From: an uncultured Nitrososphaerota archaeon
Lineage (GTDB): Archaea; Thermoproteota; EX4484-205; JAAOZO01
NCBI GenBank assembly: GCA_964408285.1
Contig: CAYOYV010000001.1
Coordinates: 192,001-256,000, forward strand
Length of the DNA: 64,000 nt
Reading direction: 5' to 3'
Positions 46,520 to 56,159 of the stretch are shown here, piece after piece. The notes under the pieces are model-generated. The model saw only the letters and a program-made list of their open reading frames with translations. It was not told the origin of the DNA and searched no databases. The translations under genes were made by a program, and so were the position numbers. How positions within the stretch are numbered: position 1 is the first letter of the stretch; the number at the start of each line of letters is the position of its first letter.

Positions 46520-48037
46520 ATGACAACTCTGTCCGCGAAAGTCATGCCAATACCCACTGACACCTTGACAGTCATCATACATTCAAGCATGGCAAAGAAC
46601 TTGGGTATAGGAAGAGGCGAGCGTGTTAAGATACAAGGGACCAAATCAGCCTCGATCGCTTTGGCAAATATCTCCTCAACGCTTGTGGCGATGGATCAGA
46701 TCGCAATCGACAGCACCTTGGCTCAGGAGATCGGAGTGACAGAAGGGCAGAACGTAACGGTCTCATATTCTCAACCTCCCATTTCGTCCCAGTCCATCCG
46801 AACTCTATTGGCCGGGAAATCATTGGATAAGGAGATGTACTATGCGATAATTGAGGATCTTGTCTCCAGACGATTGACCGATGTCGAGCTGACCAGCTTT
46901 GTGATCGCCCAGTTGTTCAGGAAACTTCCAATGGAGGAAATCGAATATCTAGCAAGGGCAATGGCCGATGCAGGCGACAAGATCGACTTTGAGAGAACAG
47001 TCTATGACAAGCACTCCATAGGAGGGGTGCCCGGAAACAAAGTCTCTCTGATAGTTGTGCCCATAATTGCAGCAGCAGGTCTACTAATACCGAAGACATC
47101 GAGTCGATCAGTAACGAGCCCCAGCGGGACGGCGGACACCATGGAGGTTCTTGCCCCAGTTGAGCTGGAGCCGGCAGAATTTAAGAAGGCTGCAATGAGG
47201 GCCGGTGGTGCACTGGTCTGGGGAGGTAAGCTTGGCATATCACCAGCAGATGATGTCCTGATAGGAAAGGTCGAGCATCCTCTTTCCATAGATCCTATCA
47301 GTCAGTTGCTCGCAAGCGTCATGTCGAAGAAATTGGCGGTAGGTGTTAACTATCTTGTGGTAGACCTCCCAGTAGGTAGAGGCACCAAATTGCCATCCGA
47401 GGAGGCAGCCTTGGAATTGGCGAATGACTTCATGGAGATAGGTAGAAGGCTCGGCATCGTGGTCACGTGCGGGATGACATATGGATCTCAGCCAGTCGGA
47501 CATTCTGTGGGGCCTGCCCTCGAGGCAAGGGAGGCTCTTGATGCTCTATCTGGAGGCGGTCCAGTTAGTCTGAGGGAGAAATCCACCGCCCTAGCGGGTC
47601 TTCTACTGGAATCCTCTGGCCAAGCACCTAGAGGAGGAGGAAAAGATCTTGCGACGAAAGTATTGGAGAGCGGCAAGGCTCTTCAGAAAATGAGGGAGAT
47701 AATCGAAGCGCAGGGAGGGAATCCTAGCATCAGACCAGAGGACATACCCATAGGAACCCAAGTTGCCCCGATATCTTCTCCGGCCGATGGATATATCGTG
47801 GAGGTGAATAATTCCTCAATAAACGCCATAGCAAAAGCAGCAGGCGCACCAGTTGACAAGGGCGCCGGAGTTCTTCTTCATGCAAAGGTTGGTTACAATA
47901 TCAAGAAGGGGTCATTAATAATGGAGATCTACGCCGAGCATTCAAGCAAGCTCGCAGACGCCATCAGTCTTTCTCAGAAGCTCAAGCCAATCACGGTCGA
48001 AGGCATGCTTCTGAGGCGTATGCCAGAGGTAGCTTGA
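46520..48037 (+). CDS. AMP phosphorylase
   Basis: N-terminal double-psi barrel extension; DKHSIGGVPGNK, PKTSSRSVTSPSGTADTME, GPALEARE, GAPVDKGAG. Confidence 0.93.
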   Translation: MTTLSAKVMPIPTDTLTVIIHSSMAKNLGIGRGERVKIQGTKSASIALANISSTLVAMDQIAIDSTLAQEIGVTEGQNVTVSYSQPPISSQSIRTLLAGKSLDKEMYYAIIEDLVSRRLTDVELTSFVIAQLFRKLPMEEIEYLARAMADAGDKIDFERTVYDKHSIGGVPGNKVSLIVVPIIAAAGLLIPKTSSRSVTSPSGTADTMEVLAPVELEPAEFKKAAMRAGGALVWGGKLGISPADDVLIGKVEHPLSIDPISQLLASVMSKKLAVGVNYLVVDLPVGRGTKLPSEEAALELANDFMEIGRRLGIVVTCGMTYGSQPVGHSVGPALEAREALDALSGGGPVSLREKSTALAGLLLESSGQAPRGGGKDLATKVLESGKALQKMREIIEAQGGNPSIRPEDIPIGTQVAPISSPADGYIVEVNNSSINAIAKAAGAPVDKGAGVLLHAKVGYNIKKGSLIMEIYAEHSSKLADAISLSQKLKPITVEGMLLRRMPEVA

Positions 48038-48040
48038 CCT

Positions 48041-48937
48041 TTGAAGCCTGCGTTGGAATGTGCCGATTGCTCGACAAGAGTGTTCGTAAGGGTTCTGGAG
48101 AATACAGACGTTGACGAGAAGTTACGGATGAAGGCTCTCGCAAGAGCAATGCAGGCTTTGGCAACTCGGATGGAAGAAGGCGTTGCACCAGTCCAATTTG
48201 CAAATGAGATGTTTTCGACAATTCGCAATGTCACCGGAGTTGATGACCCGTTTAGGAATCTGAAGCAGATGAGTAACAAGGCGGCTCTTTCAATACTCCC
48301 GAAGACATTGGGTCTGATGAAGAAAAGAAAAGGAATAAGCGCCCTCAGGTCGGCTTGCTTGATCTCTATTTCTGGAAACGTAATAGATGTATCCACGGGA
48401 AATCACTCGTTCTCACTGCGCAGCCTCTGGGATGAAATTAGGCGGACTCTGGAAAGGGGTTTGGATGTTGACGACACACATGCCTTCACGACCGATGTGA
48501 AAAGAGGGGTCAGTGTTTTCCTGGTAGGGGATAATGCAGGTGAGATAGTCCTCGACATACCTCTAATAAGACTCCTTAGGAATAGGGGAATCAGAGTGAA
48601 CTACATAGTTAGAGGAGGCCCAATTGCCAATGATGCGACGCTTGAAGACGCATACCAAGTAGGACTTGACAAGGAGGTTGACTACCTGGGCTCGACAGGT
48701 CAAAGGGCGTTTGGAATTAGGATCCGAGAACTGCGGCAAGACAACAGGTCGGCATTCAATGCATCGGATGTCATACTGGCGAAGGGACAGAGCAATTACG
48801 AATCACTGAATTGGACGCCCACGCACAAGCCCGTGTTCTTTCTCTTCAGAGTCAAATGCAAACCGATCGCAGATACGCTTGGGCTGGCCGTTGGTTCGAA
48901 TGTGTTCCTGAAAAAAGGAACGATACGTCGCAGCTAG
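48041..48937 (+). CDS. DUF89/ARMT1-like damage-control phosphatase
   Basis: CxxC N-terminus, GNVID, GDNAGEIVLD, NDAT, AKGQSNYE, RVKC. Confidence 0.9.
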   Translation: MKPALECADCSTRVFVRVLENTDVDEKLRMKALARAMQALATRMEEGVAPVQFANEMFSTIRNVTGVDDPFRNLKQMSNKAALSILPKTLGLMKKRKGISALRSACLISISGNVIDVSTGNHSFSLRSLWDEIRRTLERGLDVDDTHAFTTDVKRGVSVFLVGDNAGEIVLDIPLIRLLRNRGIRVNYIVRGGPIANDATLEDAYQVGLDKEVDYLGSTGQRAFGIRIRELRQDNRSAFNASDVILAKGQSNYESLNWTPTHKPVFFLFRVKCKPIADTLGLAVGSNVFLKKGTIRRS

Positions 48938-48938
48938 A

Positions 48939-50078
48939 TCAGGACTCGTGAATCAATCTCTGATAGATTTCGGCGAATCTTTTCGCAGTTGCAGATATAT
49001 CTATTGTATTCAATGCCCATGACGAAGCCTTCTTCGTCATATCTGATAGATCAGTGCTTAAGGCGTACTCAATTTTCTTCAGTAGATCGCCTTTCTTGCC
49101 ATAGTCGAACACTAATCCGTTGAACCCATCCTTGACCCAATCCCTGAGTCCTCCCCTGTTAGACGCAACAACGACTCTCTCCAGCGCCATTCCTTCTGCA
49201 AGTGAGAGTCCGAATGTATCGCCCCTTGAAGGCAAGACTACAACATCCGCCTGAGAAATCAATGAGGCCTTATGATTCTCTTTCACGTATCCCAATACCA
49301 TCACTCTTCGAGCCCATTTAGACCTTGATGCCTCCTTCCTGAGGGCTTTGAGCTCGGGTCCCAAGCCTGCGTATATTAGGTACACATTAGACCTGCTCAC
49401 GAGACCCTTAAATGAATCGAGCAGAAGGTAGACCCCCTTATCAACGGTAAGCCTTCCCAAGTAAAGGATTATCTTAGCATGATCAGGGATCTTCAACCGG
49501 CTTCTGAAGTCGATTCTTCCCTTTTCACTGACAAGCTGAGAGAGCCTGACCCCCGGAGGCACGATCTCGACAGGGGTTTTCAATCCCGATCTCACCAGGA
49601 ATTCCCTTTCGGATTCGGTCGGTGCGGTCACCAATTGGCATCTATTGTAGACTCCTACCCCGAATCTGTTGAACAAGTCAGATACGAAGTAGATATAGGG
49701 CGTGCTCCCCATTGCCCGAGCCATGTTCGTGAAATTTGAGTGGAAAGTACCTAGGACGGGTATGCTCATTTCCTTGCTAGCGAGGATCCCTCCGACTCCC
49801 GCCATGAATGGAGTGTGAATATGGACCAACTGAATCTCGTCTTCCCTAGCAAGTCTTGCATATTGGCGAATCCAGAAGTATGACACCCAGTAGTTGCTGT
49901 AGAAGGGAAACGGAAGGGATCTAATCCTTCTTACGTTGTTCTCCTTCCTGCCCGGAGTCGAAGTATAGACAAGTCCCCGGAAGCCTAGGCTGTCAAGCTG
50001 AGGTACGAAGTCCTGTATGAAAGTTGCCACTCCGTCGACGCACGGGCGATATGATTCGCTGAAATGTCCGACTTTCAT
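48939..50078 (-). CDS. Glycosyltransferase family 4
   Basis: SESYRPCVDGV, HIHTPF, YLGRL, DTFGLSLAEGMA. Confidence 0.92.
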   Translation of the reverse strand: MKVGHFSESYRPCVDGVATFIQDFVPQLDSLGFRGLVYTSTPGRKENNVRRIRSLPFPFYSNYWVSYFWIRQYARLAREDEIQLVHIHTPFMAGVGGILASKEMSIPVLGTFHSNFTNMARAMGSTPYIYFVSDLFNRFGVGVYNRCQLVTAPTESEREFLVRSGLKTPVEIVPPGVRLSQLVSEKGRIDFRSRLKIPDHAKIILYLGRLTVDKGVYLLLDSFKGLVSRSNVYLIYAGLGPELKALRKEASRSKWARRVMVLGYVKENHKASLISQADVVVLPSRGDTFGLSLAEGMALERVVVASNRGGLRDWVKDGFNGLVFDYGKKGDLLKKIEYALSTDLSDMTKKASSWALNTIDISATAKRFAEIYQRLIHES

Positions 50079-50378
50079 GCCTGGCTCCTCCTTGGTCCTT
50101 TGCATGACCACTCCGCAAGTCGAACGAAGGCAGGCGGGCAAATTAATGTTTTTCAGCTCAAAGCATGGGCAGGAATGGTTGTCTCAGGGGACGAAGCGAA
50201 CCGATCCCTTGCGTGTCATCACCAGACGCCGAGTTAATCCACACCGTCCTGGGGGGTCAAATGAATGCTAGATGAAGCCGACTTTCATCTGGAGAAAAAT
50301 AGTGCCAAGGTCCTAGACCAATGGGAAAATAAGCTTAATTATCCATCCCCTCCTGCATTCTTCGGTAGGAGAATCGCC

Positions 50379-50738
50379 ATGGAGCGTTTCATGTCCCCTG
50401 AGGAAAAGGTCATATTCGAAGACAAGGCGAACTACATAGGTGGCCATAGCAATTGGCATGGCCGCGCGAGGGGCTCATTGGTCTTGACCAACAAGAGAAT
50501 CTATTTCGAAGGTGTATTAGGCGGCATGCGCGAGAAAAGGCCAGAGCTTTTCTTCGAAGTGACACTGAATAAGATAATCGAAGTCAAAGTGGGGCAGCTG
50601 TCGGCCCTCAGCAAGCCGGTTCTTTCAATTGTCTATAAGACATACGAAGGAAAGCTAGAGCAACCCAGCTTCCAAGTGGAGACTCCTGATTCCTGGAGGT
50701 CAGCTCTTTCGAATGTCAAGGTCGGCGGGATCTTCTAG
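50379..50738 (+). CDS. PH/GRAM-like domain protein
   Basis: EKVIFEDKAN...GSLVLTNKRIYFE; C-terminal W-containing helix. Confidence 0.7.
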   Translation: MERFMSPEEKVIFEDKANYIGGHSNWHGRARGSLVLTNKRIYFEGVLGGMREKRPELFFEVTLNKIIEVKVGQLSALSKPVLSIVYKTYEGKLEQPSFQVETPDSWRSALSNVKVGGIF

Positions 50739-50741
50739 GTA

Positions 50742-50969
50742 CTAGATTGCCCATATGAGGGTGGAGGTCTTGTCGACACCAGGAATCTTCCTGGTCTGGG
50801 TCACTACCTTGTCCAAATCAGCCATGGTTTCACATGCCACCTTAAAGACGACATCGTATGATCCATACGTTATTGCTATCTCCGCGACTCCTGGCATTTT
50901 CTTGATCTGATCGGCCACCTCATGCTCTCTACCCACTTCGGTCACCAACAGTACGTAGGCGACAACCAT
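50742..50969 (-). CDS. Lrp/AsnC ligand-binding (RAM) domain protein
   Basis: AYVLL, TYGSYDVV, IPGVDKTSTL. Confidence 0.9.
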   Translation of the reverse strand: MVVAYVLLVTEVGREHEVADQIKKMPGVAEIAITYGSYDVVFKVACETMADLDKVVTQTRKIPGVDKTSTLIWAI

Positions 50970-51125
50970 GGTTCGGTGGGCTGGGGAATTGCATTTAAAC
51001 TATTGTCGGAGGAGCGCTCCATGGCAGAACCCGGTCCCTTGAGATCACGGAGCAATTATTATCACTCCCCAGGACTTGATATGACGAGGTTAAGCTTAAA
51101 TAAGCGAGGAGCTTCGGGGGAAGAA

Positions 51126-51335
51126 ATGATTGCCGCTCTGTCCAATCAGACAGATTTGACTTCGAATATCTTCTGGATAATGTACATCATGGCGCTGGTG
51201 ATAAGCGTTGCAGGAGTGTTGATATTCAGCAAGTTGAGACACGACAGAGCTGTAGAGAGATTCAGGCGCAATGTGGCTATGGCTAGAAGGGACGCTTCAT
51301 CCGTTTGGCCTTCACGAGAGTACGAGGAAGAGTGA
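51126..51335 (+). CDS. Small single-pass membrane protein
   Basis: One TM helix followed by a basic stretch; CTTAAATA box upstream. Confidence 0.55.
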   Translation: MIAALSNQTDLTSNIFWIMYIMALVISVAGVLIFSKLRHDRAVERFRRNVAMARRDASSVWPSREYEEE

Positions 51336-51448
51336 AGATCTTCTCCATCACTCGATCATGGTTTGGCGATCACGATACGGTCTTGCAGGAATTCAGGCCC
51401 GAAGCTTCGAACGCCTAGCTGTAGCACCATGGGAGGATCCATTGGACA

Positions 51449-52108
51449 ATGGTTGATATCCTCGATTTCTCAAATCCGCAATCGGTTCTTCTTAGGGAGA
51501 CAATTCACAGGCTAGGGGGATCGCCCATCTCAAGCATCGTAGCCGACAGGTTGGGATCATTCGCCGAAATCCAATCGATGGGATTCAGCGACTGGTTCCC
51601 TGAATTATGTTTCTGCATATTGGTAGCGAATTCACCGGCGAGAAAGATTCTGAGGGCAATCGAGTCAATAGAACCAGAATGCCTCCTCAGATCGTCCGAG
51701 GAGGACTTGAGAAGGAGATTGAAGATGTCAGGTGTTAGATTCCACAACAGGGCTTCATTCATAGTTGAGGCAAGGAAGTTCACAGACCTAAAGGATAGAG
51801 TTCTTCGCTATAGAAAATCCACGGATGCCAGGGAATGGTTGGCGGGCAACATAAGAGGTCTTGGATACAAGGAAGCAAGTCATTTTCTACGGAATGTTGG
51901 CTTTCTAGACCTGGCAATTCTGGACAGGCACGTTGTCCATGTTCTAATATCTACGATCTCTGTTCCTGGCGCAGGGATGCCAAAATCAAGGAACCAATAT
52001 CTTGAGATGGAGGAGCTCTATCTGAGATTCTCGGGATTCGTGGGTCTCAGGCCCGGCGAATTGGATCTCTACCTATGGTATCTGAGCACCGGCGATATAG
52101 TGAAATGA
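51449..52108 (+). CDS. ogg: 8-oxoguanine DNA glycosylase/AP lyase
   Basis: ELCFCIL, GLGYKEASHFLRNVG, AILDRH, LDLYLWY. Confidence 0.93.
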   Translation: MVDILDFSNPQSVLLRETIHRLGGSPISSIVADRLGSFAEIQSMGFSDWFPELCFCILVANSPARKILRAIESIEPECLLRSSEEDLRRRLKMSGVRFHNRASFIVEARKFTDLKDRVLRYRKSTDAREWLAGNIRGLGYKEASHFLRNVGFLDLAILDRHVVHVLISTISVPGAGMPKSRNQYLEMEELYLRFSGFVGLRPGELDLYLWYLSTGDIVK

Positions 52109-52109
52109 C

Positions 52110-52592
52110 TCAGCTGCCCACTGCAGTCAGAATGACTTCCCTTTCCCTCGGTCCATTCATCTCGATGAAGAACACTCCTTGCCAACTTCCGACGAGAAGT
52201 GTTCCTTCCTCTATAGGCAGTGTTACGCTATTGCCTAGAATCGCTGAACTCAGATAGGCCGAGAGAACCTGCGTGTCTCCTTTGTACTCCTGCAGAAGAC
52301 CGGCCATTCTGTCTCCTTTCGTGTATTCACTGAATATATTGCCTATGGTCTGAGTAACACCTTCTCTCCTATTCGAAAGTACAAGCGCGCTAGTGGTATG
52401 TCTATTGTAGCATGATATCAGCCCATTCCTAATGCCTGACGCCTTCAGGAATTCCCTTACATGATCCGAGACATCTATCACCTCTTTCTGCTTTTCGGTG
52501 TTTATCAGCAGCCTTTTCCTGAACACCCTGAGGCCGGGAGCTGAAGTAATCGTGAAATCGTATGATCCCTTTGTCTCACCCTCGCTTCCCAT
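52110..52592 (-). CDS. YjbQ/UPF0047 family protein
   Basis: HTTSAL, GSWQGVFFIEMNGPRER. Confidence 0.85.
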   Translation of the reverse strand: MGSEGETKGSYDFTITSAPGLRVFRKRLLINTEKQKEVIDVSDHVREFLKASGIRNGLISCYNRHTTSALVLSNRREGVTQTIGNIFSEYTKGDRMAGLLQEYKGDTQVLSAYLSSAILGNSVTLPIEEGTLLVGSWQGVFFIEMNGPREREVILTAVGS

Positions 52593-52686
52593 TGTCCATC
52601 CTCAATGGTTGAAAGGCAACAAAGCATTTAAAAGGTTTGGGAATCGACGACCTTGGAAGCCATTCGGTTTTGGCGGTGAATCTCCG

Positions 52687-55600
52687 ATGAGAGCATTCTA
52701 TGAAGGCGCTTGCCCTAACTGCAGCGGAACAATCTCCGCAGAGAGATTGGTCAAGGGGTATGCATGCGAGAGATGTCTGCCGAGCTTGCCATCAGGCTTG
52801 GAGGACCCTCGAAATTATGCGATGCCTCTGAGCCATGAGTATGAGGCGATTCTGGTTGTCAAGAAAAAGCTAAGCGAGTTCCGGAATCGAGTCAGGTCGC
52901 TTACATCCCACGATCCTACTCCCATTCAAGAATGGGCAGCCTGCATGATATTTCGAAATCAGAGCATTGCTATCTCAATGCCGGATGGCATGGGTAAGAC
53001 CACACTGGCTGCGTCGGTGTGCGCCATCGAAATTGGCACTGGAAAGAAATGCCTCTACATCACACATTCCGCTTCCGAGGCTGATAGGGTAGAGGGAATT
53101 ATCAAGACATTGGTGGCCCATTCGATTGCTGCGGATCTGAGAGCGCGAGAGCCAGAGATGCCCGTCAAATTAGTCGTTGCTTGTTCAGAAGAAGTGATTT
53201 CCGCAGGACCGGATTCAAGTAGACTTGAGGCCGGACTGGTGATCTTCGACAACATAGCGCAAGACGAAACTAGGCGAATTGGCGCATTGCTGCAACTTGA
53301 TACGACTACATCGCTCTTCCTCTCGGAGGTGCCTGGGAAGTGGAATCGGATGTCGAAGATGTTTCCGAATGTCGACCATGTTCTCTCAAGGAAGATCCAA
53401 GGCCTTTCTGCCTATAACGTCTATGAGATAGAAAGCCCTAAGCTATCCTCAGCCCAACTGGCCAATCTCTGTTCAACGATAAGCGGTCAAAGGATTGCGA
53501 TTGTCGATGGGACGCCAGCGTCCTCATTGTCACTGCCATCGAATTCAGCGGCCTACGAATCAGGGCTCGCTCTGGAATGTGATGCCAAATCAGGAGTCAG
53601 ACAACAAAGCCGTCTTGGGGCTCTTAGGGGAATTGATATCCTCATCTTCAACGATCTGCCGGAGACACGCATTGAACTGAAAGAGGATTCGCTGACGCAG
53701 GAAAATCTCGCTTCCTTGGAAAGTATCCTACGATGGCTTAACGGAATCGAGGGAGAGATATTATCATCCTTTCTCAAGAAGCCCAACAAGAGAAAGACCC
53801 TCAAATGGCTTACTGAGGAGCTAAAATCCGCCAGCGGAGGGAAACGCAAGTGGGCTAGTGGCGTGTGTCATTTTGAACTCGTCACGGATGGAATAGGGAT
53901 CAGAAGCATTGATGTGGCAAGCTATGCCAAATGGTTGTCGCTTTCGGTGCAGGTGAGAGAAAGTATGGTGAAATGGCCAACGGTTCTCCTGATATCCGAG
54001 AGGGACAAACTCAGGGCTCTAGAGGCCATCTTGAGAGAGATCCACGATCCTCACATCACTAGCGGAGCATTGGAGTCTTTGGCTGAGCACGCGAGGCAAG
54101 GGGTCATCGGCAGTTCTCTTAACCCTCATGTCGAGGTCGATCTGTTGATCGTGGAATCACCCACAAAGGCTAGGACTGTAGCACAGATCTTCGGTAGAAT
54201 AGGAGCAAGCAAGAAAGGAGAATTGCCAACCTATTGGACGCAAATCGGTCGTATATTACTGCGGTGCGTGGCAACTGGCGGTCATATCTATGACCTGGTC
54301 CTAGAAGGTGGATTCCATGGCGTGAGAACGGATGGGAATCGATTCGCTCCTGCCTATGGCTTCATTGAGAAATGCCCCAAATGCGGGAAACAAGTCGTGT
54401 CAGTTATGGTCTGCGGTCGTTGCGGATCCCAAGAGCTTAGGAGCAAGGAAGGTCTCATGAGGGGGATCCGGAGCCTCTCGGCCTCTGCCAAGTCCGTTTT
54501 TGTGGCGACCGATCCTGACGCCGAGGGTGAGAAGATAGCCATAGATATCTCTGCTTATGTTTCTCCGTTCGCAAACGACGTAAAGCGAGTCACATTCCAT
54601 GAATTAACGAAAAGGGCCATCGTGGAATCCCTGCAGTCCCCAAGGGAGATCTCCATGCCACTCGTCGAAGCTCAAATGGTAAGACGGATAGAGGACAGGT
54701 GGATTGGGTTTGAATTAAGCAAGAGACTCTGGGAGAATTTCTCAAGCAGACATCTCTCCGCTGGTAGGGCGCAGACCCCGGTGCTCGGATGGGTAGTAGA
54801 CAGGGTAAGGGAAAGCAAGGAAAAAAAGATCTACCTCATCGCACAGTTAGATTCAGGAATTGCAGCATGGGTCGATGTAACCGGGAGAGACGATATCAAA
54901 GAATTGAAGAAGATGATGCGGTCAGCCGTGGCGGAGATTGAGGTAATTCGGGAAGAAACTAGGGAGATCAAGCCCTTTCCACCGTACACGACAGACTCTC
55001 TCTTAAGGGACTCTTTCTCTTTCCTGCATATAAACCCCAATTATGCTATGAGACTCGCTCAGGATTTGTTCGAAATGGGCCTCATTACCTATCACAGGAC
55101 GGACTCAACAAGGACTTCTTCCTATGGCATAGAGGTTGCCAAAACCTACCTAGACCAGAAATTCCCAGGGCAGTTCAGGCCGAGAACATGGCAGAAAGAA
55201 GGAGCACATGAAGCGATAAGGGCGACTAGATCATTGGATCTTGGCTCATTGTTGAATAAGTTCCGTTCTGGGGAATTGAAACTGAGCAAGCAATTTACAG
55301 GGTATCATCAGAGGCTGTATGAGATGATCTTCAGGAGATTCATTTCTTCACAGATGAGAGCCGCTACCGTAGTCTATCAGCATTTCAGGATTACGCTTAA
55401 TGATTTTGTTATAGAAAAAGAGCGGAGGGTAGAGGTCAAGGAGCCTGGTTTCACGATGATGGTTCCACTCAAAATCGAACAGAGAATCAATCCAGGACAT
55501 GAACCAGTCAAGTCAGTATCCAAGAGAACGATGCCGAAGGTTTGGCTTTTCACGGTGGGCGATATTGTTACAGCAATGAAACAGAAAGAAATAGGAAGGC

Positions 55601-55857
55601 CAAGTACATACGCGAAGATAATAGACACAATACTCACGCGCAGATATGCTTTTGAAGTAAATGGGAGGATAATATCCACCAAGCTGGGCAACGACGTGAG
55701 CGATTACTTGAGATCGAGATATGGCAAGTATATTTCCGAGGAAGCAACCCGCAAACTTGAGAGAACCATGAAGAGAATTGAGGACGGTCAAGAGGAATGT
55801 CAGGAGGTTCTGTCGGAGCTATACAGGGAGGTAATCTCCTTGCCCCCAGCCAAGTAG
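52687..55857 (+). CDS. Reverse gyrase-like type IA topoisomerase with degenerate helicase domain
   Basis: N-terminal Zn finger CPNC..CERC; intact topo IA motifs VESPTKART, ATDPDAEGEKIA, SAGRAQTP, ITYHRTDS, IGRPSTY; decayed SF2 motifs. Confidence 0.88.
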   Translation: MRAFYEGACPNCSGTISAERLVKGYACERCLPSLPSGLEDPRNYAMPLSHEYEAILVVKKKLSEFRNRVRSLTSHDPTPIQEWAACMIFRNQSIAISMPDGMGKTTLAASVCAIEIGTGKKCLYITHSASEADRVEGIIKTLVAHSIAADLRAREPEMPVKLVVACSEEVISAGPDSSRLEAGLVIFDNIAQDETRRIGALLQLDTTTSLFLSEVPGKWNRMSKMFPNVDHVLSRKIQGLSAYNVYEIESPKLSSAQLANLCSTISGQRIAIVDGTPASSLSLPSNSAAYESGLALECDAKSGVRQQSRLGALRGIDILIFNDLPETRIELKEDSLTQENLASLESILRWLNGIEGEILSSFLKKPNKRKTLKWLTEELKSASGGKRKWASGVCHFELVTDGIGIRSIDVASYAKWLSLSVQVRESMVKWPTVLLISERDKLRALEAILREIHDPHITSGALESLAEHARQGVIGSSLNPHVEVDLLIVESPTKARTVAQIFGRIGASKKGELPTYWTQIGRILLRCVATGGHIYDLVLEGGFHGVRTDGNRFAPAYGFIEKCPKCGKQVVSVMVCGRCGSQELRSKEGLMRGIRSLSASAKSVFVATDPDAEGEKIAIDISAYVSPFANDVKRVTFHELTKRAIVESLQSPREISMPLVEAQMVRRIEDRWIGFELSKRLWENFSSRHLSAGRAQTPVLGWVVDRVRESKEKKIYLIAQLDSGIAAWVDVTGRDDIKELKKMMRSAVAEIEVIREETREIKPFPPYTTDSLLRDSFSFLHINPNYAMRLAQDLFEMGLITYHRTDSTRTSSYGIEVAKTYLDQKFPGQFRPRTWQKEGAHEAIRATRSLDLGSLLNKFRSGELKLSKQFTGYHQRLYEMIFRRFISSQMRAATVVYQHFRITLNDFVIEKERRVEVKEPGFTMMVPLKIEQRINPGHEPVKSVSKRTMPKVWLFTVGDIVTAMKQKEIGRPSTYAKIIDTILTRRYAFEVNGRIISTKLGNDVSDYLRSRYGKYISEEATRKLERTMKRIEDGQEECQEVLSELYREVISLPPAK

Positions 55858-55868
55858 GAGCCAGCCTA

Positions 55869-56159
55869 TCATAACGCCATCCCGAATGCCTTCAGGAAGG
55901 ATCTCGCCTTGTCATATTGCTCTAGGAATTCCAGACCTTTTTCCGTCAGCGTATAGAATCTCCGATCATCGTCACTTTCCTCCTGTATTAGTCCCTGCTG
56001 CAGTAGCTGGCTGAGCCTTGTTTCCAATCTATCCGTTGGGAGATTTGCTTTCTGCATGATTCGGGTCTTCCCTACGCGTTCTTCTTCTCTCACTGCCTCC
56101 AAGATGTCGGCCAATATTGACACACTCGAACGATATCTCTTCGAGGTCCTAAGGGTCAT
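55869..56159 (-). CDS. Winged-helix transcriptional regulator (HTH_45-like)
   Basis: RSSVSILADIL, KTRIMQKANL, YTLTEKGLEFL. Confidence 0.88.
   Translation of the reverse strand: MTLRTSKRYRSSVSILADILEAVREEERVGKTRIMQKANLPTDRLETRLSQLLQQGLIQEESDDDRRFYTLTEKGLEFLEQYDKARSFLKAFGMAL

Noticed and set aside
52498-52686. N-terminal extension of the reverse gyrase-like ORF
   Set aside because: It overlaps yjbQ antisense; the family start MRAFY..CPNC is at 52687, behind a GGCGGTGA SD-like site.
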